From an uncultured Prevotella sp. (lineage in GTDB: Bacteria; Bacteroidota; Bacteroidia; Bacteroidales; Bacteroidaceae): 64,000 nucleotides of DNA. How positions within the stretch are numbered: the first letter of the stretch is position 1; every line of letters starts with the position of its first letter. The position numbers and the translations under genes were made by a program. The notes below the pieces were generated by a model. That model saw only the letters and a program-made list of their open reading frames with translations. It was not told where the DNA came from and did no database searches. Of this stretch, positions 9,464 to 16,894 are shown piece after piece. The DNA is taken from assembly GCA_944320195.1 (NCBI GenBank), contig CALUGP010000059.1:2080-66079 (forward strand), given 5' to 3'.

Positions 9464-11356
9464 ATGAAGAAATGGACGATTGAAGACTCTAACGAGCTTT
9501 ACAACATCAGCGGATGGGGAACATCCTATTTCGGCATCAACGAACGCGGCGACATGTATGTGTCTCCGTGCAAGGACAACGTGCAGATAGACCTGCACGA
9601 CGTCATGGACGAGCTGGCCCTGCGCGACGTTACGCCGCCGGTGCTGCTGCGTTTTCCCGACATCCTGGACAACAGAATCGAGAAGACGTGGAGCTGTTTC
9701 AAGAAAGCCTCTGACGAATACGGCTTCAAGGGCGAGAACTTCATCATCTATCCCATCAAGGTCAACCAGATGCAGCCCGTCGTTGAGGAGATTATCAGCC
9801 ACGGACGGAAGTTCAACCTCGGCCTCGAGGCCGGCTCCAAGCCCGAGCTGCACGCCGTCATCGCCGTGCAGTGCCAGAGCGACTCGCTCATTATCTGCAA
9901 CGGATACAAGGACCAGAGCTACATCGAGCTGGCGCTGCTGGCACAGAAGATGGGCAAGAGAATCTTCATCGTGGTGGAGAAACTCAACGAACTCGAGATA
10001 ATAGGCAAGGCCGCCAAGAAGCTGGGCGTGCGCCCAAACCTCGGCATAAGGATAAAGCTGGCCTCGTCGGGCAGCGGCAAGTGGGAGGAGAGCGGCGGCG
10101 ACGCCAGCAAGTTCGGGCTTACAAGCTCTGAGCTGCTCTCGGCACTCGAGATACTCGAAAAGAAGGACATGAAGGACTGCCTGCGCCTGATCCACTTCCA
10201 CATAGGCAGCCAGATCACCAAGATACGCCGCATACAGACCGCCCTGAAGGAGGCTTCGCAGTTCTACATACAGCTCCACAAGATGGGCTACAACGTCGAC
10301 TTCGTTGACTGCGGAGGCGGACTGGGCGTAGACTACGACGGCACGCGCTCGCCAAACAGCGAAAGCTCGGTGAACTATTCGATACAGGAGTACGTCAACG
10401 ACTGCATCTACACCTTCGTAGAAGCTGCCGACCACTACGGCGTGCCGCACCCCAACCTCATCACGGAGAGCGGCCGTTCGCTCTCGGCCCACCACTCGGT
10501 GCTGGTCATCGACGTGCTTGAGACGGCCTCGCTGCCCGAGATGAACGAGGAATACGAGCCTACGGAGAACTCCCACAAGCTGGTGAAGGACCTCTATGAC
10601 ATATGGGACAACCTCAATCCGCGCACCATGCTGGAGGACTGGCACGACGCCGAGCAGATACGCGAGGACGCGCTCGACCTCTTCGAACACGGCATGGTGG
10701 ACCTCAAGACGCGCGCCGAGATTGAGCGGATGTACTGGAGCGTGTGCCGCGAAATCAACTCGATAGCCAAGCGCCAGAAGCATATCCCCGAGGAACTGAA
10801 ACGGCTTGACAAGCTGCTTGCCGACAAATACTTCTGCAACTTCTCGCTCTTCCAGTCGCTGCCCGACGCCTGGGCAATCGACCAGATATTCCCCATCGTG
10901 CCCCTGCAGAGGCTCAACGAGCGCCCGACACGCAGCGCCACGCTGCAAGACATCACTTGCGACAGCGACGGCAAGATAGCCAACTTCGTGACAAACCGCA
11001 ACATCTCGAACATCCTGCCGGTGCATTCGCTGCGCAAGAACGAGCCTTACTATCTGGGCGTGTTCCTCGTGGGAGCGTACCAGGAGATACTGGGCGACAT
11101 GCACAACCTCTTCGGCGACACCAACGCCGCCCACATAACGGTGAAGGACGGCAAGTACCACATCGACCAGATAATCGACGGCGAGACCGTGGAGGAGGTG
11201 CTCGAGTACGTGCAGTACAACCCGAAGAAGCTGGTGCGCCAGCTCGAAGTGTGGGTGGCCAAGAGCGTGAAGCAGGGCAAGATATCGCTCGAGGAGGGCA
11301 AGGAGTTCCTCTCCAACTACCGCTCCGGGCTTTACGGATACACTTATTTGGAATAA
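9464..11356 (+). CDS. speA: biosynthetic arginine decarboxylase
   Basis: 630 aa; MKKWTIEDSNELYNISGWG N-terminus, PLP-fold YPIKVNQ, DCGGGLGVDYDG typical of SpeA. Confidence 0.95.
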   Translation: MKKWTIEDSNELYNISGWGTSYFGINERGDMYVSPCKDNVQIDLHDVMDELALRDVTPPVLLRFPDILDNRIEKTWSCFKKASDEYGFKGENFIIYPIKVNQMQPVVEEIISHGRKFNLGLEAGSKPELHAVIAVQCQSDSLIICNGYKDQSYIELALLAQKMGKRIFIVVEKLNELEIIGKAAKKLGVRPNLGIRIKLASSGSGKWEESGGDASKFGLTSSELLSALEILEKKDMKDCLRLIHFHIGSQITKIRRIQTALKEASQFYIQLHKMGYNVDFVDCGGGLGVDYDGTRSPNSESSVNYSIQEYVNDCIYTFVEAADHYGVPHPNLITESGRSLSAHHSVLVIDVLETASLPEMNEEYEPTENSHKLVKDLYDIWDNLNPRTMLEDWHDAEQIREDALDLFEHGMVDLKTRAEIERMYWSVCREINSIAKRQKHIPEELKRLDKLLADKYFCNFSLFQSLPDAWAIDQIFPIVPLQRLNERPTRSATLQDITCDSDGKIANFVTNRNISNILPVHSLRKNEPYYLGVFLVGAYQEILGDMHNLFGDTNAAHITVKDGKYHIDQIIDGETVEEVLEYVQYNPKKLVRQLEVWVAKSVKQGKISLEEGKEFLSNYRSGLYGYTYLE

Positions 11357-11367
11357 ACATAAGCAAA

Positions 11368-11548
11368 CCTGACACCCACGCCAACCCTCACGAAGGGAGG
11401 AAGCTTAGCAAGCCTTGCCGGTTCCAGCAACGGCTCATTGGCCTTATTTGGCTCATTAGGCCCATTAGGCTAATAAGACTAATAAGGCCAATAAGCCTTA
11501 TTGGTAGTCAAGCTCCCTCCCTTTGGGATGGTTGGGGTGGGTGTCGGG
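11368..11548. repeat. composite D(inverted)-C-D element
   Basis: CCTGACACCCACGCCAACCCTCACGAAGGGAGGAAGCTTAGC (11368-11409), a seven-unit 9-bp tandem array (11432-11505), GTCAAGCTCCCTCCCTTTGGGATGGTTGGGGTGGGTGTCGGG (11507-11548). The two D modules are inverted relative to each other. Confidence 0.8.
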
Positions 11549-11572
11549 TTTGAATGATATAAATTATTTGTC

Positions 11573-12346
11573 ATGAAACATCCCATTACGATAGTGAAAG
11601 TGGGCGGAGCCGTGGTCGAGGACGATGCGCAGCTGGCACGCCTGCTCGACGGTTTCGCCGCGATAGAGGGCCGCAAGGTGCTCGTGCACGGCGGCGGACG
11701 GCGCGCCACGGCCATCGCCTCGCGCCTGGGCATAGAGAGCCGCATGGTGGGCGGACGGCGCGTCACCGACCGCTCGATGCTGGAAGTTGTTACTATGGTC
11801 TACGGCGGGCTGGTCAACAAGAACATCGTGGCGCAGCTGCAGGCGCGCGGAACGGACGCTCTCGGCCTGACCGGGGCCGACATCGACGCCATACGCTCGC
11901 ACAAGCGGCCCGTCAAGGACGTAGACTACGGCTATGTGGGCGACGTGGAGCGCGTGGCGGCCGACAAGCTATCGACGCTCGTAGAGGCCGGCATGACGCC
12001 CGTGCTTGCCCCACTTACGCACGACGGACAGGGCCGCATGCTCAACACCAACGCCGACACCATAGCCGGCGAGACGGCCAAGGCGCTGGCCGAAAGGTAT
12101 GACGTGACGCTCGTCTACTGCTTCGAGAAGAAAGGCGTGCTGGCCAATCCCGACGACGATGGCAGCGTGATACCCGTCATAACGCGCCAGGACTTCGCCC
12201 GGCTCGCCGCCGACGGCACTGTGAGCGGCGGCATGCTGCCCAAGCTGGAAAACGCTTTCAGCGCGATATCGGCCGGCGTGAGCCGAGTAAACATAACCCT
12301 TTCGACGGCCATCGACGGCCGGCACGGCACGATGATTGTGCCATGA
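11573..12346 (+). CDS. argB: acetylglutamate kinase (amino-acid kinase family)
   Basis: VKVGGAVVED..., VLVHGGG, NTNADTIAGE motifs of ArgB. Confidence 0.9.
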   Translation: MKHPITIVKVGGAVVEDDAQLARLLDGFAAIEGRKVLVHGGGRRATAIASRLGIESRMVGGRRVTDRSMLEVVTMVYGGLVNKNIVAQLQARGTDALGLTGADIDAIRSHKRPVKDVDYGYVGDVERVAADKLSTLVEAGMTPVLAPLTHDGQGRMLNTNADTIAGETAKALAERYDVTLVYCFEKKGVLANPDDDGSVIPVITRQDFARLAADGTVSGGMLPKLENAFSAISAGVSRVNITLSTAIDGRHGTMIVP

Positions 12347-12349
12347 GGC

Positions 12350-12464
12350 ATTGCTGTTGACGGCCTTTTGGAAGGCAAAAGGCCGTCAACAGCACGCCAA
12401 AAGGCCGTCTTTTGCAGACCAAAAGACGGCCTTTTGCAAACCCTCTGGCCGTCAGCCACTTAGC
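12350..12464. repeat. family A array, locus A4 (with CCGTCAGCCACTTAGC module)
   Basis: TTGACGGCCTTTTGGAAGGCAAAAGGCCGTCAA hairpin and AAAAGGCCGTCTTTTGCAGACCAAAAGACGGCCTTTT hairpin, directly after the argB stop. Confidence 0.85.
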
Positions 12465-12480
12465 GGCAGGCCACCAGCAG

Positions 12481-12537
12481 CTTATAAGGCTCATTGGCCC
12501 CATTGGCCTAATTGGCTCGATAGGCCAAATAAGCCGC
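12481..12537. repeat. family C minisatellite
   Basis: CTTATAAGGCTCATTGGCCCCATTGGCCTAATTGGCTCGATAGGCCAAATAAGCCGCC. Confidence 0.75.
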
Positions 12538-12624
12538 CAATCTTTAAAAACCGTTAAATAGCGGAATAATCACAAGATTGCTGTAACTTTCACCCCCGTA
12601 AATCGTCATTCAATTAGAGAGCAG

Positions 12625-13137
12625 ATGGAAAATATCAGTTTTCGCAACGACGTGTTGCCCCTGAAGAACGTTCTCTACCGCCTTGCCTTGAGGATAACCC
12701 TGAGCCGCGAGGAGGCCGAGGACATCGTGCAGGACACGCTGATAAAGGTCTGGAACAGGCGCGACGACTGGCATGACATCGACTCCATCGAGGCTTTCAG
12801 CCTCACGGTGTGCCGCAACCTCTCGCTCGACAGGATGAAAAAGGCCGGAGCTGACAACCGGGCGATAGCCGACGGCGAGGACTTCACGGCCGACCCCGAC
12901 CGCAACCCGTTTGAGACGGCGGCGCAAAGGGACAGGGTTGAACAGGTGAGACGCATCATAGACAGTCTGCCCGAGAAGCAAAAGAGCTGTATGCAGCTGC
13001 GCGACTTCGAGGGGAAAAGCTACAAGGAGATAGCCCAAGCGCTCGGGATAACCGAGGAGCAGGTCAAGGTCAACATCTTCCGCGCACGCCAGGCGGTCAA
13101 GCAAAAGTACAACGAAATAGAAGAATATGGACTATAA
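12625..13137 (+). CDS. RNA polymerase ECF sigma-70 factor
   Basis: Region 2 (EDIVQDTLIKVW) and region 4 (SYKEIAQALGITEEQVKVNIFRARQ) signatures. Confidence 0.9.
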   Translation: MENISFRNDVLPLKNVLYRLALRITLSREEAEDIVQDTLIKVWNRRDDWHDIDSIEAFSLTVCRNLSLDRMKKAGADNRAIADGEDFTADPDRNPFETAAQRDRVEQVRRIIDSLPEKQKSCMQLRDFEGKSYKEIAQALGITEEQVKVNIFRARQAVKQKYNEIEEYGL

Positions 13138-13594
13138 ATACATAGAACAACTGCTGGAACGCTACTGGAATTGCGAGACGACGCTCGAGGAAGAGCAGAT
13201 TCTGCGCACGTTCTTCAGCCAGAAGGATGTGCCCGCGAGCCTCGCCAAGTACAGAGGCTTGTTCTGCTACGAACAGGCGGAGACGGCGGCCGACACGCTG
13301 GGCGACGACTTCGACGCGCGCATGGAGGCCTTGGTAGGCGAGCCCGGAATGCTCCGCGCACGCACGATCACCTTCCGCCAGAGGCTCATGCCGCTGTTCA
13401 AGGCAGCCGCGATGGTGGCCATATTCCTTACGCTCGGCAACGCCGCGCAGGTGGCTTTCACCGACGGCGACAAGCCGCAGACTGGCGTGGCGGACTACAG
13501 GCAGGCCGAGGAAGGCCCGTCGGTGGCCATGGGCGACTCGGCCAAGGTGGACACATTGCAGCATGTTCCGGCCACGGCCAACATATTGAAGTAG
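13127..13594 (+). CDS. putative anti-sigma / membrane protein co-transcribed with the ECF sigma
   Basis: Overlaps the sigma gene by 11 nt; single TM segment LMPLFKAAAMVAIFLTLGNAAQVAF. Confidence 0.55.
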   Translation: MDYKYIEQLLERYWNCETTLEEEQILRTFFSQKDVPASLAKYRGLFCYEQAETAADTLGDDFDARMEALVGEPGMLRARTITFRQRLMPLFKAAAMVAIFLTLGNAAQVAFTDGDKPQTGVADYRQAEEGPSVAMGDSAKVDTLQHVPATANILK

Positions 13595-13859
13595 ACAATT
13601 TTCTATGCTTTCTCTATAAAACAGTGTTTAATAAAACAAAAACAACGAAGCTGTGAAGCTTCAATTCTCTCAAATTTTCATAACATACTAACGTGAAGCA
13701 GAGAGCCGCTGTCAAGTGTGACGGCGGCCCTCTTTCTGTTGTGCAGCCAGCCATGGTTTCTCCAAACCCCACTTCCCTCCTTTCCAGGTGGAGTATCCGG
13801 GCATGCGTCCGCAGCCTGTCTTCTGCCCGGGGTGGGGCCGCGGTTTGGCCGCTTTGCCG

Positions 13860-14342
13860 TCAACGGCCGCATTTGCGGCCCTTGTAGTATGTGTCGAAGG
13901 CGTCCTTGGCGTAGCCGTCTTCAAGCACCTGGAACGACATCGCGCTTGCGCCTGCCATCTTCTTGCCTTTGTAATACACTGTGAAATCGTCCATGGCATA
14001 GCCGTGTCCGAGCGTCTTGAACGACATCGCCGTGGCATCCCCGACCTTCTTTCCCTTGTAATAGACGTCGAAGTCGTCCTTGGCGTAGCCGTCGCCGAGC
14101 ACCTTGAACGTCATCGCGCTGGCTCCTTCAATCTTCTTTCCGCCGTATAACACGTCGAAGTCGGTCACGACGTATTTCTTCCTTCCGCGCCGTTTCTTCT
14201 TACTGTGGTGGCTGTTTTCATGCTTGCGTAGGGTCGTTGCGCGCTCGTTTTGCGCCATGCAGTCTTGCGTGAAGGCTCCGGCCGTTGGCGCGGATAGCGC
14301 GAAGGCCAGCGCGGCGGCAAGGATAATGGTTGTTGTTCTCAT
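13860..14342 (-). CDS. DKNYY-repeat secreted protein
   Basis: Signal peptide, basic stretch HSKKKRRGRKK, then four repeats of about 27 aa of type DDFDVYYKGKK(I/V/M)xGAxAMSF(K/Q)xLGxGYAxD. Confidence 0.7.
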   Translation of the reverse strand: MRTTTIILAAALAFALSAPTAGAFTQDCMAQNERATTLRKHENSHHSKKKRRGRKKYVVTDFDVLYGGKKIEGASAMTFKVLGDGYAKDDFDVYYKGKKVGDATAMSFKTLGHGYAMDDFTVYYKGKKMAGASAMSFQVLEDGYAKDAFDTYYKGRKCGR

Positions 14343-14374
14343 GCGTTTGTTTTTATGTTTTCAAGTGTAATGTC

Positions 14375-15334
14375 CTACCATTTCAGCCGTCCGTACTTCT
14401 CCATGCACCACAGCTGCCATGAGTTGAGCGTATTCTGCCACACTACATAGGCGCAGGGGGCTATGGCGACGACGGGGTTCAGGTAGACCATCACGAGCCA
14501 TATGCCCACGCCGGTGTTCTTCTGGCCGAGGCCCTGGCCGCCGTCCACGCTGTCGCCGAAGTGCCGGCCTACGGCCTTGCCTGTGCCGAAGAGCAGCAGC
14601 GTGACCACGGCCGGCACGAGGATCAGCGCCGCCATGGAGAGGCTCGATATGCCGGCTGTGAAGATGTTGTGCAGCGTCATGCCCATCACGATTGACAGGT
14701 TGACGGCCCAGAAGTAGAAGCCAAGGTTGCGGCAGTCCTTTATGGCCTTGGCCATGCGCGGCAGCCAGCGGCGCGTGGCCATGGCGAAGACGAAGGGAAG
14801 GACGAGCACCACGGCGGTGCGCTCGAGTATCGTGGCGAACGACGACATGAAGTCGAGGCCGGCGTGCTTCTCGATCATCGGGAAGAGCAGGGGCACGAGC
14901 AGGGCTGTCACGGCGTTGTCTATGAGCGTGTAGACGGTCATCGAGGCTATGCTGCCTCCCAGTTTCTCGGTCACCACGGCTGCGGCCGAGGCCGTGGGAC
15001 ATATCACGCAGGCGAAGGCTCCCTCGAGGGCGAGGCGCAGCGTGGGGTCGTCCGCGCTCTTGACGGCCACAACCAGCGCGGCGGCCATGGCTATGCGGAT
15101 TACCTGCATCCACACGTGCCACGTGCGCAGGCGAAGGTCGTGCAGGCGTATCTTGCAGAACGTGACGTAGAGCGTCATGAAAATCAGCACCGGCAGGATT
15201 TCGATGAACCACGGCCCTACGGCCTCGCCCACGGGCGCGAGCGGCGGAATCTCGGTGAACAGCAGGTACATGGCCGCGCCGAACACCATGGCGCACGGCA
15301 GCGTCCACTCCTTTATGAACTTTATTATTTCCAT
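14375..15334 (-). CDS. SBF-like / bile acid:Na+ symporter-superfamily transporter (putative)
   Basis: About 9-10 hydrophobic helices starting at MEIIKFIKEWTLPCAMVFGAAMYL (ATG 15334). The upstream extension to 15589 runs through a family-A repeat and is rejected. Confidence 0.65.
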   Translation of the reverse strand: MEIIKFIKEWTLPCAMVFGAAMYLLFTEIPPLAPVGEAVGPWFIEILPVLIFMTLYVTFCKIRLHDLRLRTWHVWMQVIRIAMAAALVVAVKSADDPTLRLALEGAFACVICPTASAAAVVTEKLGGSIASMTVYTLIDNAVTALLVPLLFPMIEKHAGLDFMSSFATILERTAVVLVLPFVFAMATRRWLPRMAKAIKDCRNLGFYFWAVNLSIVMGMTLHNIFTAGISSLSMAALILVPAVVTLLLFGTGKAVGRHFGDSVDGGQGLGQKNTGVGIWLVMVYLNPVVAIAPCAYVVWQNTLNSWQLWCMEKYGRLKW

Positions 15335-15440
15335 CTTGATGGTGTTTGAAAAACTCTGCAAAAGTAAGCATAATATTCCTATTGCGGCCTGCATGGCGGC
15401 TGATATTTGCAAAAACTTTGGCCGCATGCGTAACTGCCTG

Positions 15441-15538
15441 GCGTTGAGCGCATTGCAAAAGGCCGTCTTTCGCAGTGCAAAAGACGGCCTTTCGGCGTGC
15501 GTTTGACGGCCTTTTGCAAGGCGAAAGGCCGTCAATCG
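15441..15538. repeat. family A array, locus A5
   Basis: AAAGGCCGTCTTTcgcagtgcaAAAGACGGCCTTT and TTGACGGCCTTTTgcaaggcGAAAGGCCGTCAA hairpins downstream of the NPP gene. Confidence 0.85.
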
Positions 15539-15549
15539 GAAACTGCCCG

Positions 15550-16731
15550 TCAGCGTGCCAGCAAGTCTTCGGGCACAGAGCCGTCGCACTCAGCCGGCTC
15601 TATGCCAAGCAGGCGGCACAGGGTGGGGTAGACGGCGGTGTTGTCGAACAGCTCGGTTTTCACGTATCCGCGGCGGAAGTCGGGGCCGGCGGCGCGGAAG
15701 AGCACGTTGATTTCGGGCGTATATGGGTCGAAGCCGTGGTTGCCGGGGATAACGCGGTCGTCCTCGCTCACCGTCCAGCCCGCGTCGGGCAGCAGCACTA
15801 TGGGCGCTATGTTGCGGTCGGTGCCATAGTTGAGGTAGGCCGGCACGTCCTCGCGGCGCCACACACGGGCGTGCGGCACGGTCTCAAGAGCCTTCAGAAT
15901 TTGCTTCTCGCGGCCTTTCTTGGGGAAGATAAGGGTGGGCAGGTCAGGCATAATCCGCTCGCACCAGTCGGCCTGCAAATAGTCCGTAAGGCGTATCGTG
16001 CGCTCCGGCGAGGTCTGCGCCATGCCGTGGTCGGACGTTACGATGAAGTTGATGTCGTCTCCGTAGGGCAGCGAGCGCAGGTCGTTGTAGAGCATTCCGA
16101 GCAAACGGTCGAGGCTCTCTACGGCCGCCTTCACCTCCTTCGACGCCGGACCGTAGGAATGTCCGCTGTGGTCGGGCTCGTTGAAGTAAGCCATAACGAG
16201 CTGCGGGCGCTCGCCTTCGGGCAGCTTCATCAGGCGTTCAATCTCGGCGACGCGCTCCGGGAAGGTCAGCAGAGGCCGCCGGGCGTAGTCGTGCCAGTAG
16301 TCGGGGTACTGCCCACGGATAGCCACGTCGGAGCCGGGCCAGTACACCACGCCCGCCTTTACGCCCTGACGCTTGGCGGTAAGCCAGATGGGTTCGCCGC
16401 CGTAGAAGGAGCCGTCCTTGGCCGTCAGCGTGTCGCCGATGCTGTAAGTGCGGCCCGACGCCACGTCATAAAACCTGTTGGCGATGATGCCGTGGTGGTC
16501 GGGCACCAGGCCCGTGGCCAGCGTGTAGTGGTTGGGAAACGTCTTCGACGGGAACGACGGGCGCATCACCGCCCTCACGCCCCTGGCTCCCAGCGAGTCG
16601 AGGAACGGCGTGTCGTACATCTGCGGATAGTCCCAGCGGAAGCCGTCGAGCGACACAATCACCGTGTAATGCCGCCCGGCGTGCGCGAAGAGGGCGGCCA
16701 GGAGGAACAAGATAACAGTAAGTTTTCTCAT
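15550..16731 (-). CDS. ectonucleotide pyrophosphatase/phosphodiesterase (alkaline-phosphatase superfamily)
   Basis: Signal peptide; VSLDGFRWDY, FPSKTFPNHYTLATG, TSDHGM metal and nucleophile motifs of NPP enzymes. Confidence 0.85.
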   Translation of the reverse strand: MRKLTVILFLLAALFAHAGRHYTVIVSLDGFRWDYPQMYDTPFLDSLGARGVRAVMRPSFPSKTFPNHYTLATGLVPDHHGIIANRFYDVASGRTYSIGDTLTAKDGSFYGGEPIWLTAKRQGVKAGVVYWPGSDVAIRGQYPDYWHDYARRPLLTFPERVAEIERLMKLPEGERPQLVMAYFNEPDHSGHSYGPASKEVKAAVESLDRLLGMLYNDLRSLPYGDDINFIVTSDHGMAQTSPERTIRLTDYLQADWCERIMPDLPTLIFPKKGREKQILKALETVPHARVWRREDVPAYLNYGTDRNIAPIVLLPDAGWTVSEDDRVIPGNHGFDPYTPEINVLFRAAGPDFRRGYVKTELFDNTAVYPTLCRLLGIEPAECDGSVPEDLLAR

Positions 16732-16828
16732 TTCTTGATAATGTTTTTAATGCACGTCGCAGGCCTGCAGCATGTCCGTTGCAGCATGCCGTCATGCCGT
16801 CATGGCCGTGCCTTTGTCTGTTTATTAC

Positions 16829-16869
16829 AAAAAGAGGAAATGAATCGAAATAAATCGTTCCATTTCCTC
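16829..16869 (-). terminator. intrinsic terminator candidate downstream of the TonB-dependent receptor
   Basis: On the minus strand GGAGGAAATGGAA-loop-TTCATTTCCTC followed by TTTTTG. Confidence 0.5.
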
Positions 16870-16894
16870 CGATTTGTTCAAAGAAATTTTCTTA

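Noticed and set aside
8924-11161. 745-aa ORF antisense to speA. Similar long antisense ORFs occur at 15475-16902, 20486-21595, 32701-33777, 34972-36051, 36182-37189, 43058-44182, 52277-53983, 55097-56002 and 61787-62614.
   Set aside because: Each lies opposite a confidently identified conserved gene. The translations are Arg/Gly/Ala/His/Val-rich low-information sequence, typical of shadow ORFs in GC-rich DNA with strong codon bias. No motifs were recognised.
12336-12557. Many 60-115-aa ORFs containing KGRLS.CERRPF / QKTAFC / LIGLIRPI peptides, e.g. 6041-6232, 9175-9446, 12115-12503, 20356-20628, 24802-25005, 32314-32661, 38036-38242, 42229-42444 and 49436-49684.
   Set aside because: They are translations of family A and C repeats (AAAGGCCGTCTTT reads as KGRL/KTAF). 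They occur in both orientations and all frames, with no independent coding evidence.
14375-15589. N-terminally extended versions of several ORF-track entries: 4009, 5028, 15589, 22027, 34197, 36119, 45379, 45829, 48536, 49526, 49711, 60971 and 62698.
   Set aside because: The extensions cross repeat elements or promoter boxes and lack signal peptides or conserved N-termini. An internal ATG that restores the canonical N-terminus (signal peptide, lipobox or family start motif) was chosen instead.
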